This document shows, in pieces, positions 40,201 to 53,409 of a stretch of DNA of 64,000 nucleotides. The notes under the pieces are model-generated. The model saw nothing but the letters and a program-made list of their open reading frames with translations, searched no databases and was not told where the DNA came from. Both the position numbers and the translations under genes were made by a program. Position 1 is the stretch's first letter. Every line of letters starts with the position of its first letter. This DNA comes from Cenococcum geophilum (lineage: Eukaryota): positions 30,628,001 through 30,692,000 of the forward strand of contig CP158635.1 of assembly GCA_050273025.1 (NCBI GenBank), read 5' to 3'.

Positions 40201-43200
40201 CTAGGCCGATTTAAGTTTACCCTTTATAAGGACCTTAACTTTAACCACTTAGTATACGTAGACATTATGTACATTAACGGCAGTCTAGTATTATATATAA
40301 TTAACAAGGCAACCCGCTATTAAGCCACCCGTTAGTTATAAAATATATCCGCAAAATATACTTAGGATATTTTACGGACCTACTAGATTAATATATACCT
40401 TAGACCTCCTAAGTATATTACCCATAACGCCGGCAGGAACTTTATTAGTAAGGAATTCCAACAGTACGCTACGGCCATAGCTATTTCAATAAAAGCCGTT
40501 CTAGTTAAGGCGTATTAGTCCGTTAGGCTTATTAAGCGAGCTTACCTAGCTCTATAGAGAGCTTACTAGATTATTATAAACGAGTATAAGAATATTTAAA
40601 AAGAACTAGCTTTACAGATAGCTGTAAAAGCTATTAACGACACCGCTAGCCCTAACGGACTAGTACCTACCCTCTTAGTTTATGGAGCCTACCCAAGAAT
40701 AAGCAAACTGGACCCTCTTACCCCATCTATTACGGATCAAGCAGCTATAATACGGAAGGCAATGGCCGAAATAGTTAAATTACGGGCCAAACAAACTATT
40801 AATAACGCCCTATACTACCGCAACGGACCTAATACAACCTTAGTACATAACCTCCCGCTTAATTCTAAAGTCCTTATATGGCGTAAAAGCGGTAATTAGA
40901 CTAGATCTTACCATCTACTGGCCGTAAAAGACGAGACCTACTGTATATAGCTCCCTAGCGGACCAACAAGCTTTAGAAGCACGTCCGTAAAACCCTATTT
41001 TCGGTCCAAAAACACCTATAACGTCAAGCTAGACGAACTAAAAGCACCCGCCGAATCAGGTAAACTAAAAACACCCGCCAAATTAAATAAACTAGAAGCA
41101 CCCTTGCCTACCCTAGAGGTCCCCCAGAAACCTACTAAACCTACTAAACCTGCCGTAAAGCGTGGCCGAGGACGCCCCGGTAAGAACCTCGTAATGGAGA
41201 ATTACCTAACCTCCGCAGGTATATCCGCAAGGCAATCTCCGCCTATAGATATATCAGTTCTAGTACAGAAAACCTCTTTTATAGACTTATAACGCAAAGA
41301 GATTAACGGACTACTTAAAAAGGGCGTCTTTACAATTATAACGAAGAGAGACATTCCGCAAGGCGTCCGTATATTTAACTCGCGCTTTATTAACGAAATT
41401 AAGCACCCTAGTACTAATAAAGCCTTTAAAAAGTTAAGGCTCGTTATATAAGCTTATAACGACTAGGGAAAGGACTTAGTCCTTACGCAATCGCCTATAA
41501 TCCAACGAGTTAGCTAATAGATTATACTTACACTTACGCCCGGCCTATAGTAAAGTAAACCTATAGCTCTTTACCTACAGGATATCTCACAAGCCTACGT
41601 ATAATCTAATACCTACCTAAGTAGGGATATCTTTATACGACCACCGCTGGAGCTTAATTTACAACCAGAAATAATTTTACGGGTTGTAAAACCACTCTAC
41701 GGAGTGCCAGAAGCTAGAAACCATTAGTTTAAGATATACTACTAGCACTACGTCTGTAAACTTAAGATAGAGCAGTTAACCTATAACCCTTGCCTCCTAT
41801 ACACCCTATTAAACGGCCTTGGTATTGTTGGACTCTAAATAGATAATACCCTCTTCTTAGCAGACTGGACATTTGCGGACGCTAAAGAGACTAAACTGCA
41901 AGAAGCTAAGTTTCTGGCAAAGCCGCAAGAGCAGTTAATTAAGTAGACTTTAATTAAGTTTAACGGAGACTTAATTATATAAAAGGGTAACTTAATCTAG
42001 CTAACCTAGGAACGCTAAGCTTAAAACCTAAAGCTTGTTATAGCAAAGCCTACGGACCTTACTAGTTCCTATAAAGAGACCCATAAGACCGTAAATATAA
42101 AGGACTAATACGCTGTATAGCGTGCAAGAGGCGCCTATATTACTACAGTCTGCCAACCTAAATCTGCCTATGACTTGTCCTTTGCGGCCCAGGTAGTAGA
42201 TCTGTAAAAAGAAAATATTAAGTAGCTTAATAAGCGCATTTAATGGCAGATTAATAATGCGACAAGAGGACTTACTTTTATACCGCTAGACCTAAATTCT
42301 ATTAGCGTAATAGTATTTACAGATGCCTCCTTCGCCAATAATAGGGACCTGTTATCGCAAATCGGCTTTATAATTGTACTTATAGACCGTAATTAAGACG
42401 CAAATATACTATATTAGTCTTCAATTAAATGCAAGCAAGTAACCCGCAGTATACTAGCTTCTAAACTATATACACTAGCCCATAGCTTTAATATAGCAGC
42501 CGTAATTAAATTAATAATCTAGAAGATCCTATAATTGGAACAGTTACCCCTGGTTTTATGCACCAATTCGAAGTCCCTCTACGACTGCCTAGTCAAACTA
42601 GGTACGATATAGGAGAAGAGGCTCATGGTCGACCTAATGTGCTTACGTTAGGCCTACGAACGACGTGAGATTACGGAGGTCAAATGGATCAGCAGCGAAG
42701 ATAACCCAGCAGACGCTATAACTAAGGCAAAGCCGTGTTAAGCTCTAAAAACCCTAATTAACACGAATAAGCTTAATCTAAAGGTTATAGAATGGGTGGA
42801 ACGAGACTAACGGAGCACTTATGGTTCATTTACGGCCCGTCGGAAGGCCGCACAGTTCATTTACGGCCCGTTGGAAGGCCATACGGTTCATTTTACGGAC
42901 CGTAAGCAGGACTTACGGCCGACTTAAAGCACCGTTTGGGAGGCAGCCCAGAGGGCACCTTAGGAAGGATCTCCTATATATTTTCCTTTGTGTTTTATGG
43001 TTCTATTAAAGCAATTACGGAGGCTGTATATAAGTGGTCTTATTTTCCAAGTACCGCCAATGTATAATTATAGCACCTAGTATACGAACGCGTACTTACG
43101 CGTTCGGTGCACTAACTACCTACATACTAACTAATTAGGGGGAAGGCGCGTCAGTATATAGACCACGTAGTCTACCTTAATAGAATTGACAGTCGCTATC

Positions 43201-43276
43201 TAAACAAGCATACAATACTACAAGTATTTCGTGCCCGTGGATACGACTCACTCGTGCTATTAAGTTAGTACAAATA
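37228..43276 (+). mobile_element. Second full-length Ty1/copia LTR retrotransposon (related, distinct family)
   Basis: 216-bp LTRs 37228-37443 and 43061-43276; TSD GGTAG; PR IDTG ~39625, LHRRFGHP ~40062, RT DISQAY 41581, QTDD ~41836, RNase H FTDASF ~42315, NPADAMTK ~42703. Confidence 0.95.
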
Positions 43277-43434
43277 GGTAGACTTTTAGAATATATTAGA
43301 TATATTACGGACGAAACCTTTATATAGCCTACCCGCATTAGAACACCTTAATAGTAGTATTATACCGTTAGATTTTGCTATTAGGCATTAGAGTAACTAA
43401 GTAACCTTAAGTCTTCCCCTTATTGCCCGACCCT

Positions 43435-43780
43435 AAGCCTTATTACGTTACTAAGATTCTTATATTATTAAGTTTTATTATATTACTAAGTATTATTACA
43501 TTGCCGCCGAGCCTTATTACGTCGCTAAGCCTTATTGCATTGTTGAGTCTTATTACGTTACTAAGTCTTATTACATTGCCGTTAAGCCTTATTATTTCGC
43601 TGAGCCTCATTATATTGTTAAGTCTTATTACGCTACCAAGTCTTATTGCATTGCTGTTAAGCCTTATTATATTACCGAGCCTTATTATATTGTTAAGTCT
43701 TATTATATTGCCGAGTCTCATTGCATTGCCGCCAAGCCTTATTATATTATTAAGCCCTATTGCATCGCCGCCGAGCCTCC
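43435..43780. repeat. 18/21-bp degenerate tandem repeat (AGCCTTATTRYRTTG..)
   Basis: Directly visible; source of the spurious Leu/Ile-rich ORFs. Confidence 0.9.
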
Positions 43781-44495
43781 TAGCTAGATTGGGTAATTAG
43801 ACGTCGCAAGTCCGACTCCTAGGCGTGGCGGCTTTAATTCCCATTTATCGCGTATTAAAAATATTAAAAAAGAAGGTCATTTCTTACTAAATTAGGCGTT
43901 AGTAAAGCTCTAAATTAAGCTTGTATTTTTATACGTGTCTCGCAACGCCTAAAGTCATACATTTAACGAAATCTTAGCACTATATACTAAGTATATCGGC
44001 TCTTCTACGCCAAGTTTTAATCACGTTGGGCTAGCTCTAAATTAAAGCAAGAGGTAGAACGTACTATACCACTACGCTATAAGGACTTTAGAATGTAATC
44101 TTACAAATTTAACTAAATTATAACCCCTTTTTAAACCTTACGATCAAACTAGATCCTTAGGGAGAGATCCCTATATTAAATCTTAGGGAATATTTAGTAG
44201 CGACTTTAGATTGAATTTAAAGGCCCTAAAATATATCTAATTTAAAGCTTAAATCTAATTCTAACGTGATCGTTTGGTTAATCTGGTGACTTTTTAATTT
44301 AAAAGCTCCTCCAGATTAGCAAGCGCGTTAAATTCGTAAGCTATACCGTATATAGAATCTAAACTAAGGTCTTAGCGTTAGTTTAAATTAGGAGCTTAAA
44401 GCTTATCTAGAGCCTTATAGAAGGATCGACTTAATTTTAGATTTTATATTTTAGTAAGTAGTTGATCTGCTATAGTCTAAAATCTTAATTATTAG

Positions 44496-44543
44496 AAATT
44501 TGGGGTGTCTCTGCTACCGCAGTGGCAGAGGCACCTTAAGTTT
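44496..44543. other. GC-rich hairpin (14-bp core stem, ~22 bp extended, 4-nt loop); candidate Helitron 3' end on the minus strand
   Basis: ggtgtctctgctac-cgca-gtggcagaggcacc; minus-strand CTAA|T at 44495-44491. Confidence 0.45.
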
Positions 44544-44964
44544 AACACCACGCCAAGTATTATAACTTTCCTGCAGTGACCGAGCAATCCCAAATTAAAG
44601 TAATTATAGAACTTACTATACTACTGCCTATAAAGGCCCTTAGTTATAGTCTTATAAATTTAATTAAAATATAAACACCTTCCTAAATCTTACTATTAAA
44701 TATTTCTATGTGTAGCACTATGCTAAGGATTACGATACAGATTGCTTAAACATAGCTTTACTATAATATAACGGCTCTACGCCAATTGATTAATCTACGG
44801 CTCTAAAATCTAGATCTATAATACTAAAAATAAGCTCTAAGCTACTAATTTTATATTAGCAGAACGAAACTTAGTAAGAGATTCGGGTAGTAAAATTACT
44901 GCTAAGAGTTACTGCCCGGATCCTAGCCGACAAATACCCATAACTATAATCTTAGTAAATAGTA

Positions 44965-45320
44965 AAAAGTATATAGTAGTACTAAGATAATGGTAGGATA
45001 ATATAAGATAATAATAGGACAATATAATATAATAGTAGGATAATAATAGGACAATATAGCATAATGGTAGGATAATAGTAGGATAATATAATATAATAGC
45101 AGGACAATAACAGGACAATATAATATAATGGCAGGATAATAATAGGACAATATAATATAATGGTAGGACAATAATAGGATAATATAGTATAATAGTAGGA
45201 TAATAGTAGAATAATATAATATAATAGCGGGATAATAGCAGGATAATATGGGATAATATAATACAATGGTAGGATAATAGTAGGATAATATAAGATAATA
45301 TAAAAACATAAAATATAAGA
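44965..45320. repeat. Degenerate minisatellite of AGGAYAAT-based units
   Basis: Directly visible; source of the Tyr/Ile-rich spurious ORFs. Confidence 0.9.
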
Positions 45321-45429
45321 TATAAAAAGAGGAAGCCCTAACACTTCCTCTTCTTCCTACCCCTATGGCCCTGGCGCCTAATGTAGTGTAATATCGTCTA
45401 TCCGTATAAGCGATAGTATTAAGACGGTT

Positions 45430-46790
45430 ACTTTAAGTAATATACCTAGATAACTGGTTTAGCGCATAGTTTATATAACATATAACAATAACAGGGGGAT
45501 CTCCTATTATTATATTGCTAAGTAACGCCTTTAAAGCTACGTTTTTCTAGTGCCTAGAGGTCCTTAGATTATTATAAGACGCTTTATAAGAACTTGTTTC
45601 AGCACAGTGGCTTTAAGCCCTATAGTAGTTATATCTGGCCAGTCTTTAAGAATGTGAATATTCTTAAATAAGGAAGCATCCTTAATAGCTATAATTAAGC
45701 TAAGATCCGTATAAGGCTTATTTATAACATATTATAGTGCTTTAATATTCTATTAAACTTAAACAAGGTGTTCTAATAACGGGAATCTATTAATGGTTAG
45801 ATATTTTCTTATTTAGAAAATATTATATACTTATGGCTCTCTTATTAGCTTTTATAATGCCAATATAGTATAGTAACTAACTTTGTAAAATCTAGTTTAT
45901 TCCTTAACCATCCTATAATATAGATAAGTTAATCTTAATCTCTTTAGGTCTTAAAGAATAAGTTAACCTCTAGAGGATTCTATTCTAATATAGCTAATAG
46001 TCTCGCCGCCGCTATTACGAGTATATATTTTATTTAAAAAATATTAGTCTTAGGAGTTAAAGCAACTAGAGACCTAGTAACTAGTCTTTTTAACTAATCC
46101 TAATAGATTATCTTCCCTACTCTCCTAAGTAAGAACGCCACGCGGATTACTAGCCCTTAAGGTAAAAATATTACTAAGTTAATATAGGCCTTGCAGATAT
46201 TAGGGGATAACTACTTTGGAATTATAGCATACTTACCTGTTTATATATACCAATTCTATTACTATATCTAGATTCCGGCAAACTAAAAGGGTCTACTCTA
46301 ATTTAACCCACTGCCTCTCTTAACAGTTTAATTGTGTCTTCTTTTAAAAGATTATACTAAGAGCTTAGATACTCCTTTGTTGAGCTAGACGGACCTAAGA
46401 TCTTATTAACTCGTAGTGGAATATCTCCATTTTCGCTAATAATATTCTAGCCCTTATTAGGGATATTAAGTATTTTAGCAAAGGTTAGAACCTCTAATTG
46501 TGCTAACTAGGCTCTACCAGTTAAGGGCTAACTAGGCGTCTTAAAGTATTAATAAATATAGTTACTAGTACATATTAAGCTGCCTAAAAGGGATTTATAT
46601 ATATAGAACTATAGCGCTATAGCCTAGAGGCTGCATATATAGTATTATACGTAGTATAATACAATGGAGATAAAAAAAAATTATATATATATATATATAT
46701 AAAAAGTATTAACGAATCTAGGTGCTAAATCGAGCTTATTAAGATAGAGGAGACGTAAAATAGATAGGAGGAGACTTGTAAGTCTAGGTA
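45430..46790 (-). pseudogene. hrr1: 5' fragment of an Hrr1/ZNFX1-like Upf1-family helicase (with introns), truncated after motif Ia
   Basis: De-RIPped: IRQYF..GGAWL..EVPT.AEIL, EYLSSQYDLLREDTIKPLREAV, WDQSKRLVTGSLVALTP, QNPPEVDLFF, FPLSEHLV, IQGPPGTGKT (45541-45569), TNHALDQL. Confidence 0.75.
46561..46702 (+). mobile_element. Very short non-LTR retrotransposon 3' stub with poly(A)+(TA)n tail
   Basis: Reverse complement of ~23976-24100; degenerate ~18-bp TSD aaagtattaataaatata / aaagtattaacgaatcta. Confidence 0.8.
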
Positions 46791-46974
46791 GTATAGTAGA
46801 TAGAGCAGCGTTCGCTAATACGCTTATTTATTTCTTATAAGATATTTAACCGATTATTTTATATATAACTAAATAATATAGTTACCTGTCTACACAATCC
46901 TATACATTAGTCTTAGCACGTAATTAAAACGTCTTTCCTGCCGCACCTCCCCTAACGCTTTTGGAATTATAGCA

Positions 46975-47700
46975 CTAATAATAAACCTAAGCCATAATAC
47001 TAAAGACACTCTTAAGCGAGATCTTAGGGTTATAAATAAACAATATAATACAATCTACTATAATATTAAAATTAAAATGTTAACGCGCGGGCTCCTTAGA
47101 TAGCCACTACGCTCCCTTATAAGTAAGGTATAAATACAGTAAATATTAAACGAAATCTCTAATAAATTCCTATTTGTATTTCTAGGTTTACCCAAGGATC
47201 TACGTACTAAATATGTTAAATAACTTGCTTAGCGCTATAGCTATAACGCGACGCGTTAAATAAACAAAACGGCTCTTATTAGGTAAATTATAATAGGCAA
47301 CCTAGTACTCCTATACTCCGCTATCGCGTATTATCCACCAGCCGGTATACTAAAGGCAATAAGGTAGGAGGGAACACTAAGGTTATATAGGATAATAATA
47401 ATAATAATCCAGCGGGTAGCTGATAAAGAGCTAATAATTATCCTAACCTAAAAGCTAGCGACCGGTAAGAATAACGCCCTAGATATACACGTTAATAATC
47501 TAAGCTTTAATATATTTATAGACATACTAGGCTAGGATATTAACTTTAACCCTAAGAGTGAAACGCTTTACTACTATATTGGCGACAAGATAGCTAGAGA
47601 ATGAATTTAGCTTATAAATAAAGAGAAATGGCGCAGTATAGTTAAGGATATATTTCTATAAGAAATAGATAGGTTTTTATTTATAATAGAATAAAGAAGA
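46975..47700 (+). pseudogene. Unidentified RIPped ORF
   Basis: Continuous frame with only RIP-type stops (..TLKRDLGVTDEQY..EISDKFPFVF..LAQRCSYNA..); no family recognised. Confidence 0.35.
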
Positions 47701-49239
47701 ACGAGTAGGTTACTACTTAAAGTTAATTTAGCGTTACTAACTTGTATTTATAGTCTGCGCTACTAGCCAAGAACAATATAATTACTTACCCTCTATTTCT
47801 ACACCCTTGCCTTTACTAGATAACTTATACTCTATATATATAAGAATAGGTAGAATAGGTAAACGGGTTAATACCAAGGGAATACTTAACCTACAGCTGT
47901 CCTAAAAAACCTCTCCTAGTTAAAAAAGAGCCCTTACTCTACGCCTTAACCCATAATAGAAAAGGCGAAGGCAACTATAACCGCAGCATAGATTATACGC
48001 CTTAAAGCCACTACTTTATTTAGAATACTTACTGGTTTAATAAATCACTATATATAAAGGTAGACGGCTTAATATTAGAGCCCTTCGGCGTGCTATTAGG
48101 CGAGGGAGTCTTAAAATAATATATCCTAGGATATTCTTATAACTTATCCGGCATTCTTAAAACGCCTAAGGGGATTAGACAATAAAGCCTAAGGTTTATA
48201 CTTATTCTTTCTAGTAAACTCGTTAGGGTAATATATATTAATACTGTCCCTAGCTCGCTCTTAGTATCTAACACCCAATCCTTATATCTATACTTACGCT
48301 TTCCTTACTATTTTGCTTAATTTAATTACTATTGCGATATATATATAGGGGATAGGTTAGGCTTACTATAGGCTAGTAGGGTTAACAATATGGAAGAATG
48401 ACGTTAGATATTTATGGTAGAAATACTAGGTATTATATAAGGGTGTAGAATATAGCAATATAACTATATAGAAGTGTTATTACTGTCCTATATACCGCCT
48501 ATGCCTACCCTAGCATTATCTATACTAGTAAGCTGTACGGATAAGGTGGATAAGCTTCGCTTTAAGCGCGAGATAGGTATTAAACCTAATATAGGTAAAC
48601 CGGAATAAGGTATAGGATCTAAAAGCTAGCGCCCTAGGTGGGTAAAGTAGTTTAATAAAGTACCTCCCTATTAAATTTAGATATGAGCCTTACTAGCCTA
48701 CTACTTTTATTGCCGGGATTAATATTTAACCTTTTATATACCTATACCGTATCTACTAAGGGATATACTAATAGAATAAAACAGTTTCGCGTATAATAGT
48801 AAATAGTATTAGATAATCTTTAACTATATAATAATATTTTCTTAACTATTAACTTAACATAAGTTAATAGGTCGCAGTCGCGGCTTAACCGTAACTAGTT
48901 AGAACTAGCAGCTGATTATAATAAATGCACCCCTATTTAAGTTATTTACAAGCACTATAGTAATAATACTCCTACTAATACTACCATTAGTCTAATATAT
49001 ACTATACCAGTATATATTCTTTTAAGTTATTAATCTATATACGCCCTAAATATTATAGAAATAGCTATAAGGTAACCTATTCTAGCTATAAGCTATACCT
49101 TTTGCTAACTAGGCAAATATAGGAGTATTACTATAGCAGGTAAACGTAAAAACGCGTTATTAAACACTTAAACTAGTAGTAAGAACCCTACTTTAAGTTA
49201 ATATATAATAAGGAAATAAGGATAACTAGTATAATTAAC

Positions 49240-51420
49240 CTTATGTCTCTACCTAGCCTACTATTAGGAGTTGCCTACGTCCTAGCTAATAGAAGGAAGA
49301 ACGCGCTAATAGAGAATAAGTATGTGGAACCTAGCTAAAACGAGCACGTAGAACCTAGCTAGAATAAGTAATATTATAACTCTAGTCTAGTTATATTTAG
49401 GCGCAGAGAGGAGCAGGCATATAATAGACCCCGTTAACGTTATATATAATATATTAAGCTAGCTGACAATATATAGAATATACATAGCCACCTCTAACTA
49501 AAAAGGGTAATCTCTAATAATAAGGATAGTAACTATAAGTCTACACCTGCTTTTTCTACGAAATAATAGCAACTAAATATTAATAAATTTATTAAATCTA
49601 TTAATAATCTAGCAGCAGAACTAGCTTAGTTAAAGACGTAAAGTCCCAATTTTTTGGTTAAGGTAAGTTATACCTTTATATATAACCAGAGTCTAACTAT
49701 AATACTTAATAGTCTCCTCTACTATTTAGCACTTAATAGGCCCTAGTAAATAGAATACTCTCTTTACTATCTAACCGCCAACCACTATAAAAAGCAGTAT
49801 CTTTATAATATACCTCCGGCTCTTAACGATTGCGTATTAGTTTAAAATACTCTCCTATACGTCTAATCCGTACCTTACCGCGTAAATAATTGCGTGCTAG
49901 TTTAAAATACTCTCCTACGCGCCTAATCTATACCTTATCGCGTAAATAACTAATATTTAGCTTTATATTCTCCCTAGTAAGCTATATCCGCCTAAACCCT
50001 AATATAGCTTCGTCTATAAGATAAGTAACCTCCCTCTAATACAGAGTATACTAACCTAGTATTTAATCTAAAGGGGACCTAAATAGCGCTAGGAAAAGTA
50101 AGGACGAGTTAGACTATAAAGACAATTTTAACCTAACTGCCACGCTACGGGTAAGAGAAGAGTACCTCTAGATATTATAACGGCGACGTATAAAAGAAAA
50201 CCCACCTAAAAGACATAAGCCCATATTTGCGCTTTATAGGTCTATTTTACTAGTAAGGCTAGTAACTAACTCTAGGACTTATAATGGGTATTTTATTAAC
50301 CTATAGTTCGACCGCTTTCTAGGCCTCATTAAGGATATAATAAAAAAGGCATAGTTAGAAGCTATTTTAAAGCAGCCGAAAGTAGTATAAAAAAAAGCTA
50401 ATTATATTCCTAACCCGGTGTCCGCTTATAAGGTATCTATATACTAGAAATATTATATTAAATTATCTACTAACAATCTTAATATTATATATAGCTATTT
50501 AACATAATAGGGAACTTTAGGAACTACGCGATTATAAAGGCTTGTATAATTATAAGGGAGGTATATAGGCTAGGGTTTAATAACGTGCCCAAACTGATTA
50601 TGGAACTACTAACTAATTATAATTTTATTACGCTAGATTACACAAAGGTATTTTACCCGTGCTATTTAGTAAAATACTAATAAGAGTTAATAGCTAAGTA
50701 ATAACCGCTTCCGTTCTAACGTGATAGTTGCTAGTATAGCTAGTATATTTTATAGTAGAGGAAGGAATAGCCTTGCCTAATTACTCTATTCTTATAATAT
50801 ATTTAAAAAGCTTACCGGCAATACTATTACTTTTATTTTAATAGTAATATATTATACAATTAGGGAGTATAGAATTAGGTCTAAGGAAACAGACAACTTT
50901 TATGGCACTATTATTAGTAGTTAGTGTATATCCGGTGTTTTACTACCTATTACTATTCTCTAACCCGTTATAGAAGCCTACGCTAACCTCTTAAGCGGCT
51001 AGAACTAGATATTTAGAAATCGGCAATTTAGAATCTAGCTACGGCTTTAGCCTATAGTTATTAAATATACTATAGGCCTAATGCCGGATTAATTAACTAT
51101 AGAAATTATTAAGGACCTATATAAAGATAACCTTAACGACCTTATAGCGGATCTAAACGATAACGTAAGAGAGAGGTTTCTTATAAGCCTTAGCAATAAC
51201 AAAACTAACGCAATTATTAACTTAGGCTATTTATTGGTGAGCCGGGCTATATCATTTAATCTACTAAGTCTGTCTTAAAGGGAGAGCTCTAGAGTAGGCT
51301 AGACTAGTTTACTAAATCTATCCTAAATAGAGAGCTTTAGAGTAGGCTAGACTAGTCCGCTAAGTCCGTCTTAAAGGGAGAGCTTTAGAGTAAGCTAGAA
51401 AATCTAGGACCCTACTACTA
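49240..51420 (+). pseudogene. Multi-exon gene with a DUF6532-like C-terminal domain
   Basis: De-RIPped 50703-50920 NRFRSDVMVAG...VF...F..L.GNTIAFI..VMYHAIREYGTG....F, then EAY.DLL..W. Resembles DUF6532 by eye only. Includes a 60-bp duplication (~49830-49950) and 48-bp repeats (~51262-51400). Confidence 0.45.
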
Positions 51421-52114
51421 CTATAATATTTGCTAATTTAACTTTTAGAACTAGCTAAGTTTATTAGATTTAGCAGAATATATATCCTCTACCCTAGTAT
51501 ATTACTTTATCCTAAATATAGGAACTAGCAAGCCTAGGCTAGAAAGGTTTAAATCTAATAAGTTATTTATATAATTTAAGCAGTACTACAGCCTTACAGA
51601 GGATAGCTATAGCTAGTATAGTAACGGGAAAGTAATATTAAATTTAATTAAGAATAAGGAGTAGTATATAAAGTTTATAATATATACTCTGGACTCTAGT
51701 ATAGAGGAGCCAGTAGAGTTTTTAGTAGGAGATTAGGTGTAGGACTTTCTATACTCTCCTATAGGATAACTATAGCTTCTTTATTATATATACTAGCTCT
51801 TAATCTACCTTTCTTTCAGCCTATATCTACTACTCTTAGTAGCTACTTTTTGGCTATATATATATGCTATACTAGTAAAGATAAATACTTATATTATATT
51901 ATTGTCGTAGGGAGAGTAGAAAAGGTCTTATAATTTTAGAATATATTATAAAACAGTTAGAATATTATATTAAATTGTCTAAAATAATATATTAGATTAT
52001 ATAAGGAAGTATATATAATTTGCCTTACTAGCCTTATAAATAGCTTTAAAGTAGCCTTTTTTTATTATCTAAAATGTACTGTTAGTATAAAAGAGGTAGA
52101 TGGCTCTAAATACA

Positions 52115-52190
52115 ATTGTGGTTGTAGGTTGCGTATAGGTTGCGCGCAGGTTGCGCGTAGGTTGCGCGTAGGCTGCGCGCAGGCTACGTG
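52115..52190. repeat. 11-bp tandem repeat (GGTTGCGCGYA), about 6 copies; candidate subterminal repeats
   Basis: Directly visible, in a GC-rich block next to the junction at ~52305. Confidence 0.85.
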
Positions 52191-53228
52191 TCAAAAAAAC
52201 ACGACATAGGCTAGTCGGTCGGGTTGCCAAACGCCCTCAACTGCGCGCCAATTGCGTCAACCACCAACCATTGAGGCCATTGGAAGGGTACTATATTTTG
52301 CCGATGTTATAGTACTTTTTTATTCTTTCTTATACCTTTTTTACTAATTCTATAAGGTCTATATAAAGATTTATTAGTATCTTTATTCTTTCTTTAGCTA
52401 TACTACTTATTTTCTTTACTTACTATAGTAATAGTAATGTTCTTAGCTTATATCCATAATTTGCCTTAAATAGTAATATACCTATTCCTTTTTATAGTGT
52501 TACGTTATATATAAACTATATAACTAATAATAACAATACCTAATTATTCTGCGTATAATTAATATAATGTCTTAGATACTGTTCTAGTGTTTAATTTAAT
52601 CTTTCTATTTAGCCGTCTGTCTGCGGATAATATGCGGTAAAAGTTACTACTTAAACTCCTTATTCTGCTAAGAATACCTCTTAGAATACTGCTATAAATC
52701 TTAAATCTCTATTTAATATAATTTTACTTAGTACTCTATGTCTTATAAATACTTCTTTAATATAGATTCTAGCGATACCTTCTGCTAAGATTTCTTCTAT
52801 ACACGCTATAAAGTAGCCCCATTTGGTTAACTTATCTACTATTACTAAGATTATATTATACTCTTATCTGGTAATAGGATCTCTTAATCTTAGTAACTTA
52901 ATAATAAAGTCCTATAATATAACTTCCTATAATCTTTCTAGTATTTTAATAGGTTGTAGCCCTCCGTATAGCCTATACCTTATTAGTTTATTTCTTTAGC
53001 AATCTAAATACTCTTTTATTACTTTTCTTATAATACTCTAGATTTTATTAATAATATATTCTTCCTATAGTCTTAATACTAAGCCTATTACTCCATTGTG
53101 TCCTTAAGTTATTCCCTTATAGAAATCTTCTATAAAATACTCTACTATGCTTCTTAGTTTTTATATATATCTATCTATAGATCTTCTAGTTATGCTTTTA
53201 GAATTCTCTATACCTAAAAGCTTTTTAG

Positions 53229-53409
53229 TGTTACGGTACCCGTAACGGATCTAGTTAGGGGCTTGCTTAAGACTTAGCGCATATATAGACGTCCTTTTAT
53301 CCATCTTCTGCTCCTTAGCTTAATATCCTTGTTAATAGACAATCTAATTATACAGGCTTGCATACGTTCTTTACGGCGCTCGTGCCTCGATTAACTAAGT
53401 CCTGTAACA
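53229..53409 (-). mobile_element. Solo LTR (family S)
   Basis: TG...CA; reverse-complement homolog of 11914-12096; flanked by TTTTAG on both sides. Confidence 0.9.

Larger units (their letters stand above)
1..52305. mobile_element. Putative large Plavaka (CMC/CACTA-related) DNA transposon with cargo genes; left end probably just outside the window
   Basis: Plavaka transposase near the left end. GC-rich terminal block with 11-bp repeats at 52115-52305 abuts a gypsy integrase cut mid-domain. Motif CGCARTTG at 1-160 recurs inverted (CAAYTGCG) at 52238-52257. All internal genes are RIPped. Unity of the unit is inferred. Confidence 0.55.

Noticed and set aside
43423..45344. Supplied ORFs of 69-125 aa rich in Leu/Ile/Tyr
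   Set aside because: Translations of RIPped tandem repeats; not credible proteins
47800..48900. Possible minus-strand multi-exon gene
   Set aside because: Too degenerate to fix frame or family by eye
1..52305. Starship element
   Set aside because: No tyrosine-recombinase (DUF3435) captain motifs recognised at either end; the mobility gene found is a Plavaka transposase
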